Shown one piece after another: positions 1 through 8,067 of a DNA stretch of 64,000 bases. Made by a program: the position numbers and the translations under genes. The stretch lies in the IMG/VR virus record IMGVR_UViG_3300037843_000309. One strand, 5' to 3'. The notes beneath the pieces are model-generated. The model worked only from the letters and a program-made list of their open reading frames with translations, searched no databases and had not been told where the DNA came from. The stretch's first letter is position 1. Each line of letters starts with the position of its first letter. This DNA is from an uncultured virus (IMG/VR IMGVR_UViG_3300037843_000309) (lineage: Duplodnaviria > Heunggongvirae > Uroviricota > Caudoviricetes).

Positions 1-1026
1 ATCACCGACGACGACCTCTACCCGCTTTTCCATGGCAACACGGTCGAGGGGAACGCGCCCATCGATTTCACCCAGGAAGCCAAGATTCGGCTCGCCTACT
101 TCTCTCAAGAAGTGTGGTTCACCTTCAAAGATACGCTGGGGGCACAGCAGGTATGGATTTACGAGCGTGCGCAATCGTGGGTATACGACCGGCCAAAACG
201 CCGCTGGCGCCAGGCGAGTTACCCTTGGGGACCGCTGTGCATTTACCCCATGCCGCTTGAGTTCCAGCAGGGGCAACTGAATGTGGCCGGATCGAGCAAT
301 ATCCTTCTGTTCGGAGGAAATGACGGCAACGTCTACAAACAGGACCCGAACGACGCCACGTTCACCGACAACGGCACGGCGATTTCCTGCCTCATGCGCA
401 CCGGGGCGTTCGATTTCGAGGATCCGCAGCAGTGGAAAGAGTTTGTTTCTGTGGTGCTGGACTACATCGGGAACGGCGCGAGCATCACGCCGACGGCGCT
501 CTACAATGACGAGGCGACCAGCGTCGCGCTCCCGGCGGTGACAGGCGGCGCGAACCGCGCGCAGCAGGACATGACGCTCTCCGACACCTACGCGCGATCG
601 TTCTCCTTCCAGCTTGCGTGGGCGGCGTCGGTTGCGGTGACGATTGAAGGGTTTGAAATCGCGTGGCGCCCGGACGAGATGCCGGTCACGCACACCGAAG
701 TCCCCGCGAACGCCTTCGACATGCCGGGTTACGGCCACCTCTATGACGGCTACATCACTCTGCGCTCGAATGACGTGGTCAATGTGAATTTCTACACCGA
801 GGACCCGAACGGCTACGCGCCAGCACAGATTCAGGTAGCATCGACCGGCGGCCAGCGCCAGCGCATCTACCTGCAATGCGGCCCGAACAAGTCGCGGAAC
901 TTCCGGGTGTCGCTCGATAGCGCCAGCACCACGCCTTTCCGAGTGTACGCGGAGGATAGCTACATCAATATCATGCCGTGGGGAGCAATTACACCGACGC
1001 CGGTTCAGTTGCCGTTCGCGTCGTGA
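1..1026 (+). CDS. Virion structural protein, 5'-truncated (tail tubular/nozzle-like)
   Basis: Frame 1 is open from base 1. Beta-rich sequence with 'LLFGGNDGNVYK' and 'MRTGAFDFEDPQQWKEF' motifs, which recall podovirus tail/head-stabilising proteins. Lies in the structural block. Confidence 0.55.
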   Translation: MTDDDLYPLFHGNTVEGNAPIDFTQEAKIRLAYFSQEVWFTFKDTLGAQQVWIYERAQSWVYDRPKRRWRQASYPWGPLCIYPMPLEFQQGQLNVAGSSNILLFGGNDGNVYKQDPNDATFTDNGTAISCLMRTGAFDFEDPQQWKEFVSVVLDYIGNGASITPTALYNDEATSVALPAVTGGANRAQQDMTLSDTYARSFSFQLAWAASVAVTIEGFEIAWRPDEMPVTHTEVPANAFDMPGYGHLYDGYITLRSNDVVNVNFYTEDPNGYAPAQIQVASTGGQRQRIYLQCGPNKSRNFRVSLDSASTTPFRVYAEDSYINIMPWGAITPTPVQLPFAS

Positions 1027-1045
1027 TTGGGGAAGGAATCTATTT

Positions 1046-1390
1046 ATGTTTGTCGCTGGAGCAACGCGGTTGGTATGGATCTCAAAGAAATATGCGGTCA
1101 AGGTTCCGCGCCCTTCTAGGTGGAGGCTTTTGCTGTGTGGACTGCTGGCCAACATGCAGGAGGTTGAATTTTCTCAAGCAGGGTGGCCAGAGCTTTGTCC
1201 TGTTCTATTTTCGCTTCCGGCTGGCTTACTTGTTGTCATGCCACGTTGCGAGACGTTGGGAAGAGCAATGGGAAGTGTTGAGTTTGAAGCTTTCACAAAA
1301 AAACAAGACTATGTGGTTCCGGTTGAGAACAAGCCTGATTCGTTTGGGTGGTATGAGGGCCAAATCGTGGCGATCGACTATGGATCGTAG
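1046..1390 (+). CDS. Small protein-kinase-like-fold protein (114 aa)
   Basis: Motifs in kinase order: GATRLV, YAVKVP, NMQE, LVVMPR, ENKPDSFG, IDYG. RBS-like GGAAGGA upstream. Confidence 0.5.
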   Translation: MFVAGATRLVWISKKYAVKVPRPSRWRLLLCGLLANMQEVEFSQAGWPELCPVLFSLPAGLLVVMPRCETLGRAMGSVEFEAFTKKQDYVVPVENKPDSFGWYEGQIVAIDYGS

Positions 1391-1414
1391 TACAGGGCCT
1401 GCACTGGAAACTTT

Positions 1415-2629
1415 ATGGCAGTGACGCAACAACCCACTTACGACTTCCCGATGCCGAACTCGACAAGCATCGAGGACAAGAGCGGCAAGAGGCACGTCGT
1501 CACCGACTACACCTCGCTGACCAAAGTCCTTCGGCGCATGCAGCAGGACTTGAACACCCTTTCCGGGCGCAGCAACAACATGAAGGCGCAAGGCCCCACT
1601 GACATGGGAGGGTACCACGTCAAAGGGGCGGTGAATTCGCCTTCGCCCACCTCGGATGAGCTTGTCACCTACGGACTTTTACAGGCAGTTGCTTCTCCGG
1701 CCGCTCTCCGCAAGGCAATTTCGATTCTCGGACAGACCCAACTCAACGTACAAGGGATGCACGGCCTCTTGGCCGACCCGCAAACCCCGCTTTTGACCGT
1801 TCCGGGGAACTCTGGCTCCATAAAGAAATCCTCTGGCTCCATAAAGAAATCCTCTGGCTCCGATCTCGGTAGTTTCGTTGGCCAGATTCAACATCTGACA
1901 GGAATTCTTCAATACTGGAACGGGTCTGCATGGGTTCCCATCACTGCGAATGGGTCACTCGTTTACGGCACGCGTGCGAATACCCCCGCGCAGCCTCAGT
2001 CGGCCTCGATTACCTACTACAACACCGATTTCAACTGGGAATACTACTCGAACGGCGCAAACTGGATATTTGAAGCGGGAATCTGCATTGGTACCGACGC
2101 GAAACGCCTCACCGTCACCCCCGGAACCGGCATCGCCAACTGGTCGCTTGGCAATCCTGGCAACAACTATGTGGTGGGGGACACGGTTACAGGCCCCGGT
2201 GGGTCAACCTTTACTGTCGCCTCCATCACTGGGGCGCTCACCTCTGGACCTATCGCAACACTCACCCCGCTTACCGCAGGAACCGGATGCACGGTTGTAA
2301 ATGGAGCCAGCCTCACCGGCGGCAGCGGCTCGGGCGCAACCATCAACGTGCTCACCCTGTCGGACGATGGCGCCGTGTTCATTACGACCGACACCCTGCA
2401 AATCTGGGCCATCATCGCTGGCGCGTGGGTCAACATCACGCCGAATTATTCTTCAACTCCAGCAGGAACGAGTATACTGTCTTTTATTCCCGGTGTTGAG
2501 GGGGATGCGGGCGTGGCCAACACGGCCTACCTCAATACCGCGAAGTACAATGCCGGGTTTTTGCAGCAGGAGCAATCGGGCGGGTTTGTTCCGACGCCTG
2601 AGACTCCAGACTTTCTGAGAGGGTATTAG
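1415..2629 (+). CDS. Tail fibre/virion protein
   Basis: Gly/Thr-rich. Contains 'LQYWNGSAWVP' and 'NPGNNYVVGDTVT...GGSGSGATINV' motifs typical of tail fibres. Confidence 0.55.
   Translation: MAVTQQPTYDFPMPNSTSIEDKSGKRHVVTDYTSLTKVLRRMQQDLNTLSGRSNNMKAQGPTDMGGYHVKGAVNSPSPTSDELVTYGLLQAVASPAALRKAISILGQTQLNVQGMHGLLADPQTPLLTVPGNSGSIKKSSGSIKKSSGSDLGSFVGQIQHLTGILQYWNGSAWVPITANGSLVYGTRANTPAQPQSASITYYNTDFNWEYYSNGANWIFEAGICIGTDAKRLTVTPGTGIANWSLGNPGNNYVVGDTVTGPGGSTFTVASITGALTSGPIATLTPLTAGTGCTVVNGASLTGGSGSGATINVLTLSDDGAVFITTDTLQIWAIIAGAWVNITPNYSSTPAGTSILSFIPGVEGDAGVANTAYLNTAKYNAGFLQQEQSGGFVPTPETPDFLRGY
1810..1861 (+). repeat. 21-bp tandem duplication (about 2.5 units) encoding SGSIKKS
   Basis: CTCTGGCTCCATAAAGAAATC repeated directly. 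Confidence 0.9.
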
Positions 2630-2631
2630 CC

Positions 2632-3414
2632 ATGCTTTCACCACAAGCGCTGTTTCGCGGTCTTGTTGCCCGCCTGCTTCCGACACGGAACGTCGATTCG
2701 CAATCTTCCGACGTCGCGGCACGCATGGGTCCATACGGCGAAGTGGATGTGCTCTCCTACGTCCGCAAGGCCCATCTGCTCGCTGACGAAGGGAGTTACT
2801 TCGTCACAACCAACGGGCAGGCTGGAATCTCGGCTGGGAACGCCAACAACACTTTCACCGCTACCGCCCCTTTCATGGTTATCGAGAACCTCGATCAAGC
2901 CGGTGGTAAGAGCGTGAACCTGGATTACATCAATCTTATTACCACTGTGGCAGCAAATTCCGCTGCTGGAGCCCTCACTTACATTGGAATCATCGGCATC
3001 ATCGACCAAGGACTCCGGTATACGAGTGGCGGGACGGCCCTCCCCACGCCCGTCTGTCCCAACATGAACATCATCGCAGCGCGATCGGTTACTGCGGCCT
3101 ATTTCGGCGTCATCACCGCGAGCGGCCAAACCGCCTCGGCCCGCCAAGTGTGCGGCATGCGCCTATTCCGTGCGTGCAATAATAACGTCGGAGATGCAGT
3201 GGGGGAGCAGAAGTTCATCAATTTCGGTGGCGTCGAGGGAATCGCTCCAACCTCTTACGGAGGGAACGCGAATGCCGTCAACTGCCTCGAAATTCCGATG
3301 CCTCCGGTCATCATCGGCCCACAGCAAAGCGCCCTGTTCTACCTGTACTCGGCCGGGAACAACACGAACACGCCGGGCAATTTTATTCCCGACATTGGCG
3401 TTTTCGAGAGGTAA
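2632..3414 (+). CDS. Probable virion protein
   Basis: 260-aa beta-rich ORF immediately after the tail-fibre-like gene. Confidence 0.45.
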   Translation: MLSPQALFRGLVARLLPTRNVDSQSSDVAARMGPYGEVDVLSYVRKAHLLADEGSYFVTTNGQAGISAGNANNTFTATAPFMVIENLDQAGGKSVNLDYINLITTVAANSAAGALTYIGIIGIIDQGLRYTSGGTALPTPVCPNMNIIAARSVTAAYFGVITASGQTASARQVCGMRLFRACNNNVGDAVGEQKFINFGGVEGIAPTSYGGNANAVNCLEIPMPPVIIGPQQSALFYLYSAGNNTNTPGNFIPDIGVFER

Positions 3415-3449
3415 TAGTTAGTGCAGGGCCTGCACTGAGAAAAAACTAC

Positions 3450-3478
3450 TTGACACCACACGGTTCCCTCTCTATCCT
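3450..3478 (+). promoter_or_regulatory. sigma70-like promoter
   Basis: TTGACA-17 bp-TATCCT. Confidence 0.6.
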
Positions 3479-3509
3479 TGCTTGACACCAAGTCTTTGGA
3501 GGAATCCCC

Positions 3510-3881
3510 ATGAGACGTCGCGACTTCCTCTGGATGGGAACCTGTGCAGCACTCGCCGCTGTGAGTCCGGTCAAAAAGTATTTCATCGGAAAAATCTGTT
3601 TGCAGGACGAGTTCCGACTTCAGGATCGCATCTTCTTGTGTGGCTCCCCCAAACCCAAAACCCTCTACTGGTCAAAACAAGACGATCCCGATAAGTGGGA
3701 AGGGTTTGTCGACGTGACTTACCGTTTCTATCGAGAATCCGGAGAAGTGTTTTACTCGGTAGAAGGCGGAGAATTCAGGGAGATTCCGAATTTCGCTTGG
3801 CATGGCAAGATTCCATTTGTCGAGATCAAACCGCTCTCCATGTTTCCCTGGCTACAATCTGACGAACGCATTGGCGGGTGA
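3510..3881 (+). CDS. Hypothetical protein with twin-arginine-like N-terminus
   Basis: GGAGG RBS. N-terminus MRRRDFLWMGTCAALAA. Confidence 0.55.
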   Translation: MRRRDFLWMGTCAALAAVSPVKKYFIGKICLQDEFRLQDRIFLCGSPKPKTLYWSKQDDPDKWEGFVDVTYRFYRESGEVFYSVEGGEFREIPNFAWHGKIPFVEIKPLSMFPWLQSDERIGG

Positions 3882-4407
3882 TCCCGAACATGGTGGCTAT
3901 GTCAGTCTTTTGAAGACCTTGCTCGAACAGTCTTCTTATTTCGAGAACTTTTTCCTTGTTGAGTTTAGCGTTATGGTGTTCTTCTCCAAAAAAATGCGGC
4001 GGATCCTTCATCCTTCCCTTGCCCATGGCATCATGGGTATTTGCCTCTGGGGTTCCCTCAAAGAGGTGGTCTGGGCGAGCGCACGGGGGGTTGTCGCATT
4101 TATGGCAGACGAAAAATCCAGGTGTGATTTCTCCGTAGTGGAGTTTATAGGAAAAGACGTGCGCCCTGATGTTGTGCTGGTGACCAACATTGAAAAGACC
4201 GTACCCGCTGCTATCATGTCCACCGATGTAAAGCCAGCAAGGGCCAATCTCCGGGCAATACGGTGGTATAGGGCCGTTCTTGTCTATCTTCTCCCAAAAG
4301 CGTGGAATGATGTTTCTTTCGCCTTGATTAACGTAGCATTTTCGGCACTGACCAGATTTACTGCGTGCACAGTCTGGACAAGTTTGTGGGATAATGAGTT
4401 CGGGCAT
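3826..4407 (-). CDS. HNH homing endonuclease with C-terminal HTH
   Basis: CWLYIG...GYG...RAHVFSY...VCHKCDNPPCARPDHLFEGTPEANTHD, followed by AKLN...HTH tail. Start taken at the ATG at 4407. Confidence 0.85.
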   Translation of the reverse strand: MPELIIPQTCPDCARSKSGQCRKCYVNQGERNIIPRFWEKIDKNGPIPPYCPEIGPCWLYIGGHDSSGYGLFNVGHQHNIRAHVFSYKLHYGEITPGFFVCHKCDNPPCARPDHLFEGTPEANTHDAMGKGRMKDPPHFFGEEHHNAKLNKEKVLEIRRLFEQGLQKTDIATMFGITRQCVRQIVARETWRAV

Positions 4408-4525
4408 GTCGGGTCTCCTCGCGACTCGATTTTGTCTAGGGTGCGGAGGGCATTCATGTGCCTTTCGCACCCGATTATTATAGCACTAATTGCAACATTG
4501 AAAATCACAAAATGGAGGGAATCAG

Positions 4526-5302
4526 GTGGCCCAACGCAAAAGATTATTCACGCTGGATCTTAATGGGACGTACAGTCCTACCATCAAATCGCTCACTTTT
4601 CCACTATTGAAGCGGTATGCTGACCGAATTGGAGCATCGTTTGAGGTCATCACGGAGGACAGGTTTCCAGGATGGCCTGATCGGACAAACAAGTTTTCAA
4701 TCTACGACATGTCCGAGAAAGACGAAGATTGTTGGCATATTTTTTACGATGCCGACACCCTCATCCACCCCGACATGCCGGACATCACCGAACATATTTC
4801 GAAAGACACGGTGCTCCACAACGCGAGTGACTTCGCGAGCCTCCGGTGGAAGTACGATCCCTACTTCTGGAGGGATGGAAGGTCGATAGGTTCTTGCAGT
4901 TGGTATGAGGTCGCCCATTCGTGGTGCCGGGATTTCTGGACGCCTCCGACCATGCAGCAGCATCCATTCGAGAATAGGTTCCTCACACTCGAAGAGATCG
5001 TTTCGCAGATTCGGCCCATCCAGAACGAACTCGTCAACAGGCTTGAGCCTGAGCACTTGATCGACGATTTCAGCTTCTCGCGGAACATTGCCCGGTTCGG
5101 TTTGCACTTCCAGACCATCACGAAGTTGTCGCCCAGGATTCAATGCCCGATGGGCTACCACTGGCATATGTATCTGCTCACCGAGCCGCAAAAGGTCGAG
5201 AAGATGAAGGAGATCGTCCACATTTGGCAAGTTGACGGGAGTGGGCCGTGCCAGAACCCGGGGTGCCCGCGCTGCCGCCCGCAGGGTCAACCGCCGCAGT
5301 AG
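4526..5302 (+). CDS. GT-A fold glycosyltransferase-like protein
   Basis: 'LKRYADRIGASF', 'W...KF' and DxD motif 'IFYDADTLIHPD'. Confidence 0.65.
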   Translation: MAQRKRLFTLDLNGTYSPTIKSLTFPLLKRYADRIGASFEVITEDRFPGWPDRTNKFSIYDMSEKDEDCWHIFYDADTLIHPDMPDITEHISKDTVLHNASDFASLRWKYDPYFWRDGRSIGSCSWYEVAHSWCRDFWTPPTMQQHPFENRFLTLEEIVSQIRPIQNELVNRLEPEHLIDDFSFSRNIARFGLHFQTITKLSPRIQCPMGYHWHMYLLTEPQKVEKMKEIVHIWQVDGSGPCQNPGCPRCRPQGQPPQ

Positions 5303-5358
5303 CGGATTCCCCTTGATTCCCGATTTCCCCCGCGATACTATCGCCCAGAGGTGAGAAT

Positions 5359-5679
5359 ATGCCCGATGATGTCGACACTTCTCAAGACACCAGTAGTGGT
5401 GACAGTGGGAGTTCAGGGATAGCCCAGCGAATCGCCAAGGGGCTTGGCGGGATGAGCCGAAGTTCCAATGACTCGGCGCAGAAAAGCCGCGATTCCGCTG
5501 ACCAGTCGATCGAGGATGTCGGCCGCGCCGCCGAAGGCTTCCGCAACACAGCCGCACAGCGCCTCGGGAGTTTCAAGAAGGGCGGGAAGGTGAAGCGTAC
5601 CGGGACGTATAAACTTCATGCCGGAGAAGAAGTCCTCACGAAGCGCCAAGCCAAGCGCATGAAGTCCAAGCGGGCGTAA
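5359..5679 (+). CDS. Small virion-associated hypothetical protein
   Basis: GAGGTG RBS. Promoter-like TTGATT-17-TACTAT at 5313-5341. Motif FKKGGKVKRTGTYKLHAGEEVL. Confidence 0.55.
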   Translation: MPDDVDTSQDTSSGDSGSSGIAQRIAKGLGGMSRSSNDSAQKSRDSADQSIEDVGRAAEGFRNTAAQRLGSFKKGGKVKRTGTYKLHAGEEVLTKRQAKRMKSKRA

Positions 5680-5751
5680 TGCAGGCCCTGCACTGAAATT
5701 TACCCTTGATTTTGACCTCTCTGCGGTATAGCCTCACGGGGAGGTCTATCT

Positions 5752-6285
5752 ATGTCTCTTTCCGGCGCGGTCAAAGGGAATGCCTATCGGCTTGAGGATG
5801 TGGCGCAGCAAGATATCCTTCCGATGGAGGGTCAACTCGCAGGCATGGGCATGCCTGCCCTCCAGTCGTTGTCCCAATACTACAACCAGATAACTTCATC
5901 CGATCCTGCGATGCGCACGAAGGCGGCTGCGCCCGTCATCGCTCAAGACACCGCACAATCAAATCAAGCCCTCAATCGCATTGCCACCATGCCCCGCGGC
6001 GGGGAGCAAAACGCTTTGCGCGCGGATGTGGTTCAAAAGCAGGCGGGGGATGTGGGAAACACTCTCAACAAGCTGTTCACCGAAGGGCAGACGGCAAAAG
6101 GGGAATTGGGGCAGAAAGAGATCGCTGATGCGCTCACCTCGATTTCCACTTATGGCGACCTCGATTCTGCCGCGGCGCAAATTGAAATGGGGCAAGAGAA
6201 ACTGGATGCCGCCAATTCCAGTTCCCTCTTAGGAGCGCTTGAGCAAGCCGGGCAGATGGCAGCAGAAGCGGCGATGGCAGCGTAG
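5752..6285 (+). CDS. Probable internal virion (ejection) protein
   Basis: Ala/Gln-rich helical ORF with GGAGG RBS. First gene of a small-medium-huge trio typical of podovirus ejection genes. Confidence 0.5.
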   Translation: MSLSGAVKGNAYRLEDVAQQDILPMEGQLAGMGMPALQSLSQYYNQITSSDPAMRTKAAAPVIAQDTAQSNQALNRIATMPRGGEQNALRADVVQKQAGDVGNTLNKLFTEGQTAKGELGQKEIADALTSISTYGDLDSAAAQIEMGQEKLDAANSSSLLGALEQAGQMAAEAAMAA

Positions 6286-6294
6286 GGGAGAAAA

Positions 6295-7068
6295 ATGCCT
6301 GACAACCTTTCAGCCAACCCTTTTCCGAATCCGTATCAACAACCGCCCCAACAGGAAACTTCTCCGCCCGTTGGTGCTGGCGGGAGAACCAATACCCTTA
6401 TGGGTGTGATGGCTCTCTTGAAAGGGGTTCGCAAGGGGTACCAGCAGCGCCAAATCAACCAGTACAACACTCTTGAGTGGGGGTGGCAGGCTGCGCGCAC
6501 GGTGCGGGACAACCTCGTCAACACCATCAAACAAAATCCCGGCGGGGTTCCGACCAAAGAACAGGCAGCGCAACTCGACCAGTACCAGAAGGCGCTCGAC
6601 GAATCGGCTGACAAGCTGCACACGTTCACCATGCCGAAGGCGAGCACGGGGGGTAATGGAAAAAAAGACCCTGCAAAGCAGAAACTCCAAAACGTGGGGA
6701 ACCTGCTCAAGCGCATGTTGCTTGGACCCAAGATATCCTTTCCCCAATTCCCAGGAGGGTCGGTGCCACCGGCAACCGGCGGCGGAACGCCAAATAATCT
6801 CCCCCCTGGGGTAACGCCTTTCTCTCCGGCGCCACCATCGCCGCAAGGCGGAGCGCCTAGTGCAGGATCTGCACAGGTTCCGAGCGCTCCGCCGCCTAAC
6901 ATTCCGCCAACTCCGGTATCAACCGGAGGTCCGCAGGTTGGCGACGTGGTAATCGACCCTGCCACGCAAAAGCAGATGAAGATCACCTCGGTAAATCCGC
7001 CGCAGTGGGAGCCCGCAACTCCTGCGGGACAGGCGGGACAAACTCCCCGTTTTGGGGAACGATTTTGA
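6295..7068 (+). CDS. Probable internal virion protein, Pro-rich
   Basis: Tandem ORF with RBS, Pro-rich linkers. Confidence 0.5.
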   Translation: MPDNLSANPFPNPYQQPPQQETSPPVGAGGRTNTLMGVMALLKGVRKGYQQRQINQYNTLEWGWQAARTVRDNLVNTIKQNPGGVPTKEQAAQLDQYQKALDESADKLHTFTMPKASTGGNGKKDPAKQKLQNVGNLLKRMLLGPKISFPQFPGGSVPPATGGGTPNNLPPGVTPFSPAPPSPQGGAPSAGSAQVPSAPPPNIPPTPVSTGGPQVGDVVIDPATQKQMKITSVNPPQWEPATPAGQAGQTPRFGERF

Positions 7069-7080
7069 CGGCGGAGACTG

Positions 7081-8058
7081 ATGTCAACACCGATTCCATA
7101 CCCTCTTGAGTCGCTGAAAAAAGCTCCGCCGCAACCTGGTGCAACTCCGTCCACCCCCAAGGCCACGCCGAATTCAACTTCCATCCCCGCAAGCGTGTTT
7201 CAGGGTCCGCCAAAGGTGGACGCTCCCGCCAGTGCAGGTGCTGCACCGCCGAAGCAGGCGGAAGCCACAATCCCACCTCCCCCGCCATCGCCGCAGGCGT
7301 ACCCCGGCCTTCCCAAGAACTATCAGGAAGCCTACGAGCGCGAGGGGAAGCTGGACTGGGAAGAACGCCAGCAGCGGCTTGCAACCGGACGCTCCGGGGC
7401 GGAGCGTGAAAGCATTAGCCTTGAAGAGGCGCGCGACACGCAAAAACGTCGTAAGGAAGCGGATGCGGCATACCAAGCCTACAGGGACAACCCAACCGAG
7501 GAAAACTGGAAAGAGGTTGAGCGGGCGGTAAGCGTTGCCTCTGGCAAGTTCATGCCGCGCGGGCCACAGTACAGGCCCAGCAAGTACGAAATCGACCTGC
7601 ATGGCATGGCCGGAGTGCCGGTGGGTATCCCGTACTCGGAAATGAACGATGAGCAAAGACGCAATTACGATATGGCGGCGGCGGTGGGAGCGCGCCAGAA
7701 CCAGCAGAAAATTAAGGATTCCATCCGCCACATGGACGTGTTGATTGCGAATGCCGGTAGTGGTTCGGGGACGAAGGCAGACAAGGAATACCGCTCGTAT
7801 CGTTACCGGGCGCTAAAAACTCGGCTCGCAAGCATCCAATCCGACCTCTATGCGATTCAGAACAGCAAGACGACCGGCGTCGATGACGTAGTGGGGAAGA
7901 TTGCCGAACTCAACGACCAGCGCGAAAAGGTGGAAAAGGAAATCGACGAGATTCAGAATCTCGCGGTGAGTGGGACAGTCCCATCCTCCGCTGGACACGT
8001 ACTGGGAAATAAATATCTTGGGAAGTATGGGGTAGCACCAGCGCCTGAGAAGAAGTAG
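7081..8058 (+). CDS. Probable internal virion protein, coiled-coil
   Basis: Tandem ORF with RBS, Pro-rich N-terminus and coiled-coil C-terminus. Confidence 0.5.
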   Translation: MSTPIPYPLESLKKAPPQPGATPSTPKATPNSTSIPASVFQGPPKVDAPASAGAAPPKQAEATIPPPPPSPQAYPGLPKNYQEAYEREGKLDWEERQQRLATGRSGAERESISLEEARDTQKRRKEADAAYQAYRDNPTEENWKEVERAVSVASGKFMPRGPQYRPSKYEIDLHGMAGVPVGIPYSEMNDEQRRNYDMAAAVGARQNQQKIKDSIRHMDVLIANAGSGSGTKADKEYRSYRYRALKTRLASIQSDLYAIQNSKTTGVDDVVGKIAELNDQREKVEKEIDEIQNLAVSGTVPSSAGHVLGNKYLGKYGVAPAPEKK

Positions 8059-8067
8059 AGAAATAAT

